From NCBI GenBank assembly GCA_041484665.1, contig JBGPIA010000012.1:1-64000 (forward strand): a stretch of DNA of 64,000 nucleotides. Reading direction: 5' to 3'. Below the pieces are notes generated by a model. The model was given only the letters and a program-made list of their open reading frames with translations, had not been told where the DNA came from and did no database searches. Positions 56,435 through 64,000 of the stretch are shown here, in pieces. The stretch's first letter is position 1, and the number at the start of each line of letters is the position of its first letter. Source of the stretch: Candidatus Krumholzibacteriia bacterium (GTDB lineage: Bacteria > Krumholzibacteriota > Krumholzibacteriia > JAJRXK01). The position numbers were made by a program, and so were the translations under genes.

Positions 56435-57457
56435 CTATGGGTGGCCCCATCCCAGCGCAACGACGTCGAAGTCGCCGGTGTGGAGGCTCGCGAATGCGGG
56501 GTTGAGCTGGTCGTTGTCCCAGCGCGCGTCCATCGTGCCGGTGATGTACATGCTGCTGCCGTTGTCGGCCACGATCAGACCGTAGGTCTTCATCGACTGG
56601 AAGATGCGTTGGATCGCCGGCGCGTAACCCGAGAGATCGACCGTAGCCTTCAGCCGCAGACGCGCGCCCATCGGTGGGGCGCCCGCGGCCGAGCCCGCGC
56701 TGTGGGAGGCTGGCCAGACGTAGCCGTGCGTGTCGCTCACGGTGACGCGGAGCGCGTGCCGGATCGCCTGGGAGCCCGCCGCGTCGTCGTAGCGCACGAG
56801 ACCGGGGAAGATCGCGCACCCCGCCGCGTCGGCGGAGGTCCACGTGTCGGGCCTTCGCGCGTTCGAGGCGAGATCGAAGACCGCGCCTGAGGCGGCTTCC
56901 CAACGGGAGAGACTGCCGTTCCAGTGCGTCGCGTAGGTCTCGAACAACAGCCAATGGTCGCGATCGATCACCAGCAGATGCCGGTCGCCGCTGCTCCCGC
57001 CCCCCGCCAGGCCACCCTCGATGTAATTGGGTTGGGTACGCGCCGCGTCGGGCACCGGGTAGCCGGGCGTCTGGCCCGCGGCGCCCGGGTCGCTTTCGTT
57101 GCCGTACGGGCTGAACGTGAACGGGAGGCGCGGCTGCGTCCCTGAAACGGTCACGTAGGGAATGCCGAAGGGTGGTGGCCCGAAGTCGGGGTGCAGCGGC
57201 TGGCCCGCGCCGATGAAGGCAATGTAGCCATCCGAGCCTGGATCGACCGGGGCCGCGCCGATGTCGAGGTTCCACCAGTTGTTGGTGGGGAATACCTGAC
57301 GGCTGGCAAGGTCCTCCTGTAGGAGCGCGCCTACTTCGGGCGGAGACCCGCCGCCGGGTCCACTCGGAGACTTCGACCCGCAGCCCGAAAGTGCCGCGAG
57401 CGCGGCCGCCACGGCGAGGTGGGGCAGGACGCCCAGGGCGTCTCGAACCGTGCGCAT
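56435..57457 (-). CDS. Conserved hypothetical lipoprotein
   Basis: AGGAGG RBS; lipobox LSGC; FPTNNWWN, GDRHLLVID, SADAAGCAIFPGLVRYD, YGLIVADNG. Confidence 0.85.
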   Translation of the reverse strand: MRTVRDALGVLPHLAVAAALAALSGCGSKSPSGPGGGSPPEVGALLQEDLASRQVFPTNNWWNLDIGAAPVDPGSDGYIAFIGAGQPLHPDFGPPPFGIPYVTVSGTQPRLPFTFSPYGNESDPGAAGQTPGYPVPDAARTQPNYIEGGLAGGGSSGDRHLLVIDRDHWLLFETYATHWNGSLSRWEAASGAVFDLASNARRPDTWTSADAAGCAIFPGLVRYDDAAGSQAIRHALRVTVSDTHGYVWPASHSAGSAAGAPPMGARLRLKATVDLSGYAPAIQRIFQSMKTYGLIVADNGSSMYITGTMDARWDNDQLNPAFASLHTGDFDVVALGWGHP

Positions 57458-57805
57458 GGCAGAGCCTCCTGACCGACAACGCGGCTCCCGTTGGAGGCGC
57501 GTCGTTTCCGGCTGCGCCGCGACGAACACGCCGCCGCTGCCTCCCCCAGTGCACAGATCGAGCCGAAAACCCTTCTTTGCCTGTTGACCTCGGGCGCGTG
57601 TGCATCAGGCGCGTGGCCCATCGATCCGATGTCCGAGTGGAAGGGACGGTCACCGAAGGCGCGCGCAACACTGATTCGGGGCGCGCGGACGCACCCCCTT
57701 GATTTCACGCGCGCGTCTCCTGATCTTGAGTCCGAGGTGAGCTGTCGACCGAGAAACTCCAGTCACCCCGTGTGACGAGGACTGCCCACGAGGCGAGGCG
57801 GAAGC

Positions 57806-58951
57806 GTGGCTCGCAAGCTTCTCATCCGATTCTTAGGTCTGTGCTTCACCGTGGCCGTCTCGGGTCTGGCGACGACCGCCGTGTCCGCAGAGGTGCCGAG
57901 GCAGGCTCCCGTGGGCTCCACGGCCGCCGCACCGGTCTTCTCCGTTTCGGGCCCGGAGTTGGACGTCGAACCGATCGTCAACACCGACGATTCGCTCCCG
58001 TTCTCTGCCTCACGGATGGCGGCCGAGACGGTCGCCGAGCCGGAGAATGGCCGAGGGATAGTCCGCTCGATCCTGCTGTCCGGATTCGGTGACACCCAAC
58101 TCGCCGATTTCCTCTTCCGCCGCCATGCGATCATCTACCTGCTGCTGGGAGCGGGACTGCTCGCCATTGGAATGCTCTACCAGTATGGCGGGCGTGGCGT
58201 GATCGAGCTTCCAGCTCCCACATTGGCTCTCAGCACCGGCCACACGCTCCCCATTGTCGGCGAGGCGCACCCACTCGGGCGCATGTCGGTGCGCATGTCG
58301 GAGCGGGCCGCGGTCATCGCCGTGCTCTTCCATATCCTGATCTTCGGAGCATGGATGGTCGGGCGCGACCTGCCGTACTCAGCCGCGGCGCGTCCTGAAC
58401 TACACAACATCTTCAGACTCATGCCCGTACCTCCACCCATCAGGTTGACGGGGCCGCCGCAGGTTGTGATCGCCGAGGATCCGGTCAGGAAGGTCGTGGA
58501 CGGTGTGCCGGATCCCGTGCCCGACCCGCTGGCACCCGACGTTGAGCTCGCCAGCCCTGGAGAGCTGCTGGGTCTCAACAACGCAGGTCCCGCTGGCTTC
58601 GGCACTGGCGGGGAAGTCGAGATCCAGCCAAGCCCGCGCGAAGTGCCGACTGAGTTCCAGACTCAGATCACATGCCCAATCGACATGGGAGAGGTACCGA
58701 TCCCGCTCAACATGCCCAGGCCCGTCTACCCTGAGATCGCGCGCACCGCTGAGATCGAGGGCGTCGTGATGTTGCAGATCCTCGTCGGAGAGGATGGCAA
58801 GGTGAAGGACGTGCGGGTCACCAGGGGCCACCCTATGCTGAACGACGCGGCGATCGCCGCGGCCCGCAGGGCGACTTTCACGCCGGCCATGCAGCAGAAA
58901 CGTCCGGTGTCAGTGTGGGTCGAGCTCCCGGTGCACTTCACGCTCTACTGA
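57806..58951 (+). CDS. Second TonB-family energy transducer, paralogue of 54862..56061
   Basis: Shared AD[LF]LFR and LPIVGEAHP motifs and His-TM; PVYPEIARTAEIEGVVMLQILVGEDGKV..PVHF. Confidence 0.88.
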   Translation: MARKLLIRFLGLCFTVAVSGLATTAVSAEVPRQAPVGSTAAAPVFSVSGPELDVEPIVNTDDSLPFSASRMAAETVAEPENGRGIVRSILLSGFGDTQLADFLFRRHAIIYLLLGAGLLAIGMLYQYGGRGVIELPAPTLALSTGHTLPIVGEAHPLGRMSVRMSERAAVIAVLFHILIFGAWMVGRDLPYSAAARPELHNIFRLMPVPPPIRLTGPPQVVIAEDPVRKVVDGVPDPVPDPLAPDVELASPGELLGLNNAGPAGFGTGGEVEIQPSPREVPTEFQTQITCPIDMGEVPIPLNMPRPVYPEIARTAEIEGVVMLQILVGEDGKVKDVRVTRGHPMLNDAAIAAARRATFTPAMQQKRPVSVWVELPVHFTLY

Positions 58952-58982
58952 CCGTCGCGCGCTCGCCCGCCCCTCGTCCCCC

Positions 58983-61460
58983 CTACCGGATGATGACCTT
59001 CCCGTTGGTTGCGCGCACCGTTCCCCGCTTCCCGATGGTGATGGCCGCCTCGGTGTACGTCGCCATCTTGATCGAGACCAGCGCACCTGGACCGTAGGTG
59101 GCAACCGCCTCCGTCACCGTATTGTAGGGCCGGAACTCCGACCCGTCTTCCAGCCCCACGTAGGATTGGTCCACGTAGACGATCGGCAGGGGTTTACAGC
59201 GGTACATGCCTCGCCCGTGGGTCGCCGCCATGAGATAGCTCGTCCCCTGCCAGAACAGCTCGTCCACCTCGGCGTTGTTGGGGCCATCGTTGCCTCCGTA
59301 CGCAGGCGTGATCCTCCAGCTGACGCCCTTGTCCTCGGATGCAAACACGCCGATGTCCGTCCCGACGTAGATCCAGTTGGGCTGCAGCGGGTGGTAGCGC
59401 ACCGTATTGACCTGGATCGCCGGCAGATCGTGCGGAGCGGCCCCCGTGCGCTGGAACCACGATGCTCCGCTGGTGTTGGTGAGCCATACGGTGTCCGTCG
59501 AATAGCCTCCGACCGTGACGATGACTTCGTTGTAGGCGTAGGGATTGATGGCGATATCGGTGATGAACCTGTTTCCTACGGGGAGCGTCCGGGGCGTCCA
59601 GGTTGTTCCGCCATTGATGCTGTAGAACAAGAGCCCGTTGTCGAATCCCACCCAGATCGCCAAGGTAGAGGACTGCGCGACGTCGATTGCCGTGCAAACG
59701 CCGCTCGGTGGGTCGAGGCCCGGCAGCTGAGCCCAGAGATCACCCGCGTTGGCCGTTCGCCAGATGTGCCGACCACCTGCGTACAAGACCGCCGGATTAT
59801 TGGGGTCCATCACGAGGGGGGCAAGGAACCCAGCCAGGGCCTTGTCTCCGGTTTCCGTGAGGCCTGCAGTCTTCTGAACGAAGGACTGTCCGCCATTGTC
59901 ACTGCGCGCGATGTTCAGCCATGGTCCGGCACAGAAGATTCGCGCCGGATTGGAAGGGTCGACCGCCGCATAACCTGCGTCCCCCCACACGGGGTTGGTC
60001 CAGCCCTCCGTTCCTGCTCCAGAGTGAAGCACCAGCATCCCGTTGTCCTGCGTTCCACCCAGGATGACGCTTCCGTCGGGGGCTGCCGCTCCCCCGAAGA
60101 ACTGTGTGATGCCCAAGCCGTGCGCGAGGTTGGTCCAGCCGGAGTTCGGGCTGGCGGTCGTGATGTCGGTCGCCTTCTGGATGCCGCCGTCGTTTCCAAC
60201 GAACACCGTCTTGTTGGTCGTGCCGTTGTAGCCCAGGGCGGGGACGACCACGTGCTCATCGCCGTGCGCCGATGTGCCGGCGGTGTAGCCCTGCCATGCG
60301 CTGATCCAGGCAGAGGACAGTCCGCCATCGATCGTGCGGCGCAGGTCGCCGAATCCGCCCCAGACCACGACGTTCGCGTTGGTGGGCGAGATCCACAGCG
60401 CGTTGGACCATGGATCGGCGTTCGTGAGCAGCCAGGGGCTCCAGGTCGTGCCTCCGTCCATCGAGCGCCAGATGACGTCGGAGAGATCGTTCCCGTCGTC
60501 GACGAGGCCGGCGGAGACCGCAATCATATTGGAGTTGGTGCGCGCGAAGGCGATCTCGCAGCGGCCAGCGTGCAGCGGCATCTTGTTCAGCGCGCCCGTG
60601 GTCTGTCGGTGCCACGTCGTCCCGCTATCGACGGACAGGTAGAAGTCGCTCGTGGTCCCCGCGGCGATGACGCTGGGGTTGGAGGGGTTGTACTTCACGT
60701 CGCGTACGGGCTCACCGAAATCCGGGATGAGGATGGGCGTCCAGGTGTTCGCGCCATTCACGGACCGGTACACGCCCGTTCTCGTCCCGGCCAGCAGCTC
60801 GTTCGCTTGCGTAGGGTGATGGTCCAGCCGGCTGACGAAGTCGAAGTCAGGCGTGGCCGTGAAGGGCATCTGGGTCCAGGTCACGCCGCCGTCGATGCTC
60901 TTGAAGACGCCCGCGCCCGCGATGCTCGCATTGCTCCCCTCCAGCTCGCCCGTTCCGGCGTACATCCGTTGAGGGTTCGTGGGGTCCATGGCGAGGGTGA
61001 CCACCGCCAGCGCCGGCAGGAAGTCGCTGACCGGAGTCCAACCAGGGCCTCCGATGCCGGTACCTCCGTTGGTGGTGCGCCAGATGCCACCGCCAGCGGT
61101 GCCCACCCACATGACGCTGGGGTTCGTCGGATCGACCAGGATCGCGCGCAGGCGGCCGCCGATATTGCCCGGCCCCAGCCACTGCCAGCTCCAGATGCCG
61201 GCATCCTGGGGCTCGACCACAATGGACCCCTTGGCCTTCGCCTGCAGCTGCTCCTTCGCGCGCAGGAGAGCGCCGTAGGGGATCTGGCCGTCGGAATCCA
61301 GCCGCTGCCGTCTGCGGAGCTCGGCCCGTGCCTGGATCTCCTCTGCTTCCTCCGCGTTCTCGAGCTCGTTCTCGAGCGAGCGGCTCGGCTGGGCGTGAAC
61401 GGGCGCGACGGACAACAGGATCAGCACCGCCATCGCGAAACGAGAATGCCGCGAGCGCAT
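58983..61460 (-). CDS. Secreted BNR/Asp-box beta-propeller protein (sortilin/Vps10/GH74-like)
   Basis: Signal peptide; WQWLGPGNIGGR; many SxDGGxTW boxes; GGTQDNG; ATHGRG; GGGAGG RBS. Confidence 0.88.
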   Translation of the reverse strand: MRSRHSRFAMAVLILLSVAPVHAQPSRSLENELENAEEAEEIQARAELRRRQRLDSDGQIPYGALLRAKEQLQAKAKGSIVVEPQDAGIWSWQWLGPGNIGGRLRAILVDPTNPSVMWVGTAGGGIWRTTNGGTGIGGPGWTPVSDFLPALAVVTLAMDPTNPQRMYAGTGELEGSNASIAGAGVFKSIDGGVTWTQMPFTATPDFDFVSRLDHHPTQANELLAGTRTGVYRSVNGANTWTPILIPDFGEPVRDVKYNPSNPSVIAAGTTSDFYLSVDSGTTWHRQTTGALNKMPLHAGRCEIAFARTNSNMIAVSAGLVDDGNDLSDVIWRSMDGGTTWSPWLLTNADPWSNALWISPTNANVVVWGGFGDLRRTIDGGLSSAWISAWQGYTAGTSAHGDEHVVVPALGYNGTTNKTVFVGNDGGIQKATDITTASPNSGWTNLAHGLGITQFFGGAAAPDGSVILGGTQDNGMLVLHSGAGTEGWTNPVWGDAGYAAVDPSNPARIFCAGPWLNIARSDNGGQSFVQKTAGLTETGDKALAGFLAPLVMDPNNPAVLYAGGRHIWRTANAGDLWAQLPGLDPPSGVCTAIDVAQSSTLAIWVGFDNGLLFYSINGGTTWTPRTLPVGNRFITDIAINPYAYNEVIVTVGGYSTDTVWLTNTSGASWFQRTGAAPHDLPAIQVNTVRYHPLQPNWIYVGTDIGVFASEDKGVSWRITPAYGGNDGPNNAEVDELFWQGTSYLMAATHGRGMYRCKPLPIVYVDQSYVGLEDGSEFRPYNTVTEAVATYGPGALVSIKMATYTEAAITIGKRGTVRATNGKVIIR

Positions 61461-61529
61461 GGTTGCCTCCCTAGGGCGCACGACGGATCGAGGACTGCGA
61501 ACGATCACCAAGCACCAGGAGCCCGGCCA

Positions 61530-62999
61530 TCACTGCAACCCCACCAGCACGAGCACCAGCCCCTCGCCGTGCTTCAACGAGCCCATGGCCTTCCCCAGGA
61601 CAGCCCCCTGGGCCCGCGCGTGATCGTCGACCCTCATCGCATGCCCGGGCAACGACGAGGTCGTCAACAGATCCCCCGGCTCGATCGGCCCATTGTTCGC
61701 GGTCGCGAGGCAGTACACGCGGCCCGTCAACGCGACGGGCGAAGCGCCGCTGGCGGCCGTGCCGTCCTGCCCCATGAGCATTCCCGGCTTCACGCCCCCC
61801 GCGCCGCTGATGACCCCGGCCACGCGCCGGTCGTAGGTCGTTCGGCTGACCACCAGCTTGCCTTCGCGATCGGGGTCGATGCTGACGACCATTCCAGGCG
61901 CGACGCCCGATACCGGCTCCGACATCCCCGCCGGCGCCGCATGGCTGCCGACCGCGCCACGTCGGTCGTCGCGCGCGTCGCGGGTGGCCTGGTTCTTTTC
62001 GGTATCCCAACCCACGTTGCCCGTCCCGACGTCGAAGCGCTCGGAGAGGTCCGATCCGCCGAGGATCTCCAGCACCTTGGTGTGGGTCACCCCGGCGTTG
62101 TCGACCCAGAACTTCCAGTCGCTCCCATTGGTGGCCACGATGTAGTTCCCCGTCCCCGGGCGCTGCAGCCACAGGATCTCACCGCTGCCGTCGTTCTCCA
62201 TGTGGGTGGTGGCCCAGGTGCTGTTGTTCTGGAAGTAGCCCGCCATTCCCCCGGTGGGCTGCGTGTTCACGGCGTGCACCGTCGCGTTCTCGCGGAACTG
62301 GCCATCGCCCTCGGCCTGCAGGCTGTTCGGCGTGAGCTTGATCGGTTGCTGCCCCTCGACCCGGAAGCGCATCTCGCCGCTGGTGGCGTAGGAGATCTGT
62401 CCCGGATATGATGACGCGCTGTTGTTGAAGTTGATCGCGCCCAGCAAGGTGGGGGGATTGCCCAGGAAACTGTCGCCACGCAGCTCGAGCACCGACCCGT
62501 TGCTCGACAGCATGGACTCGAGGCGAAGCACGGACTGTAGCGCGCGGACATCCAGGGGCCACTGGGGAGTGGTCGTGCCGATCCCGACGCGCTTCTGGTC
62601 GTCGACGAACAGCCCGCGCGTCTGCAGGCTGTACGGGGTGGCCGCAACCCGCTGGCGGGGGGAGAGCGGCTGACCCGCCACGATGACTTCGAGCCATCGC
62701 TCGTTGCCGTCGAAGCCACTGACCCCGAAGTCGAGGTCGACGGTGAACAGCCCGTCGGCGACCGCGACTGCGGGAAGAATCACGGCTCCCACCGTGTTGC
62801 TTCCGGCGGGGTCGTCGTACAGCAGGAACCGCATGCTGAACTGTCCGTTGGCCGGCGTGCCGTTCTGCGTCAGCTTCCCCTGATAGGTGAACGCCGACCC
62901 CAGGGTCTGCGCAGCGAGCGCCGGGGCCGCCAGGAAGGCGAGCATGGCCACCATGGCCGTGGCCGCCCGCAGCAGCGTCTGGGAACTCTGGTTGGACAT
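61530..62999 (-). CDS. Secreted tail-fibre-like protein (FTYQG N-domain, VGIGT repeat, peptidase-G2-like chaperone C-terminus)
   Basis: GAGGAG RBS; signal peptide; GSAFTYQGKL..GLFTVDLDFG..LSPRQRVAATPYS; GSDLSERF..AGVIS..VALTGRV..GDLLTTS..PGHAM..GKA. Confidence 0.82.
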   Translation of the reverse strand: MSNQSSQTLLRAATAMVAMLAFLAAPALAAQTLGSAFTYQGKLTQNGTPANGQFSMRFLLYDDPAGSNTVGAVILPAVAVADGLFTVDLDFGVSGFDGNERWLEVIVAGQPLSPRQRVAATPYSLQTRGLFVDDQKRVGIGTTTPQWPLDVRALQSVLRLESMLSSNGSVLELRGDSFLGNPPTLLGAINFNNSASSYPGQISYATSGEMRFRVEGQQPIKLTPNSLQAEGDGQFRENATVHAVNTQPTGGMAGYFQNNSTWATTHMENDGSGEILWLQRPGTGNYIVATNGSDWKFWVDNAGVTHTKVLEILGGSDLSERFDVGTGNVGWDTEKNQATRDARDDRRGAVGSHAAPAGMSEPVSGVAPGMVVSIDPDREGKLVVSRTTYDRRVAGVISGAGGVKPGMLMGQDGTAASGASPVALTGRVYCLATANNGPIEPGDLLTTSSLPGHAMRVDDHARAQGAVLGKAMGSLKHGEGLVLVLVGLQ

Positions 63000-63072
63000 G
63001 GCTTGGACTCCTCGGTCGGATCGGTGTGGGGAATGGGGGGCATCCGTGCTGCGTGCGCGTTTCGCGCGACTC

Positions 63073-63708
63073 CTACCGGACCAGCGCGATCTTCTGGCGT
63101 GCATGGTGGTCACCCGCCTCGATGGTGACCACGTAGACCCCGCTGGCCACCTGGGCGCCGCTGGCGTCCGCGCCTCGCCACTGCAACGATGTGCGGCCCG
63201 CCGGGCGCCGCTCGTCCAGCAGGGTGCAGACGCGCTGGCCGCGAACGTCGAAGATGCGCAGAACCACATGCGCGGCTTGCGGGAGGTCGAACGCCAGCGT
63301 CGTCGACGGGTTGAACGGGTTGGGATGGACCGGATGGAGCTGGAATGGCAGCGGCGGAGTACCGGCGGTCGGGTCGCCTTCGCCGCCACCGACGCCGGTG
63401 GAGATCGCGCCGCCCTGCCAGAATCCTCCCGCCAGTGTGAAGGCGCCGCCGCTCATGATGCCTCCAGCGTCGGGCTGGCCTGCCGTGCACGCGATCGCGT
63501 AGGTGGCGCTCGAGCCGGCTCCGCCGCCGCCGTCGATGGTCGACCACGAGATGCCATCGAAGGTGGTTGGGGCAGCGGCGAGCGTCAGCCCCACCGCCAC
63601 CAGCAGGCCCGCGCCGGCGACCAGCGACGCCGAACGTCCTCGTTGGCGCAGCGGGAGGAGCCAGGGGCGCTTGATGGGGCGCATGACGAGGAGCATGACG
63701 GGGAGCAT
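63073..63708 (-). CDS. Secreted small TIDGGG-domain protein with a C-terminal FlgD/T9SS-like domain
   Basis: AGGAGG RBS; ISWSTIDGGGG..TAGQPDAG..SGGAFTLAGGFW; PNPFNPST..VASGVY..KIALVR. Confidence 0.85.
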   Translation of the reverse strand: MLPVMLLVMRPIKRPWLLPLRQRGRSASLVAGAGLLVAVGLTLAAAPTTFDGISWSTIDGGGGAGSSATYAIACTAGQPDAGGIMSGGAFTLAGGFWQGGAISTGVGGGEGDPTAGTPPLPFQLHPVHPNPFNPSTTLAFDLPQAAHVVLRIFDVRGQRVCTLLDERRPAGRTSLQWRGADASGAQVASGVYVVTIEAGDHHARQKIALVR

Positions 63709-63716
63709 GACGGACC
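63681..63716. repeat. 12-bp imperfect tandem repeat (GCATGACGRRNN)x3 spanning the start codon
   Basis: gcatgacgagga gcatgacgggga gcatgacggacc; it creates three in-frame ATGs. Confidence 0.75.
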
Positions 63717-64000
63717 TCCTGGGCCTGATGGCGCCGGCGACCCCGTGAGGGGGTGCCCCGGTCCCGGCGGCTTCGTGCCGCGTCCCTGGACCTGACACGC
63801 CGGCTGCTGAGAGGGGAAACGCAATCCGGGTCCAGCAGGCGACATCGAATTCGCGGGGGTGGCCTGGCCCCACAGGCTTAAGCCGCCGGAACGGGCAGGG
63901 GCGTGTCGGGGTTCGCGCCCGCTTTGCGTTTCTCGGGATGCAGGCGGTCTCTGCCGACCGCCGCGAAGGGAGATCGCCCGTGGGGTGCATCCATGCGCTC

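Noticed and set aside
63800..63990. c-di-GMP-I riboswitch upstream of the fibre operon (ACGCAAAGC on the minus strand; GAAACGCAA/TTGCGTTTC inverted pair)
   Set aside because: The GGCAAACC-GNRA first stem is not recognisable; an Rfam/Infernal search would be needed to support it.

Overview
High-GC bacterial chromosomal window. The host is probably an FCB-group lineage such as Ca. Eisenbacteria/Krumholzibacteriota/Latescibacterota, inferred from FlgD/T9SS-like C-terminal domains, a PorV/PorQ-like gene and S[WF]GxxKxxY tails. 1-8.3 kb is a decayed accessory island. It holds an ISAzo13-like left end and a MerR-controlled mercury-type operon whose last gene reads through an in-frame UGA (T-U-P-G-C, with a candidate SECIS) to give a ~491-aa MerT-HMA-beta-domain-thioredoxin-like selenoprotein fusion. 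It also holds a truncated beta-helix gene ending at a perfect palindrome, a secreted protein, an interrupted fibre-like gene, a 3'-truncated group II intron, and HNH and IS91-like relics. 8.3-21 kb has a secreted serine hydrolase, a complete atpZIBEFHAGDC operon (gamma with large Ala/Gly inserts), tRNA-Gln(UUG), an atypical ECF-like sigma/anti-sigma pair and a secreted protein. 21.7-52.7 kb is a large, probably beta-1,2-glucan utilisation locus: LacI, a CBM9-like protein, a TonB-dependent receptor, a large surface protein, a PorV-like barrel, two GH144-like enzymes, GH94, GH1, two APC permeases, an F5/8-domain hydrolase and an ABC transporter, with no SusD. 52.8-64 kb has a TPR protein, two unusual TonB paralogues, a lipoprotein and a three-gene secreted fibre operon. 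All family calls come from motif recognition by eye; no searches were run.
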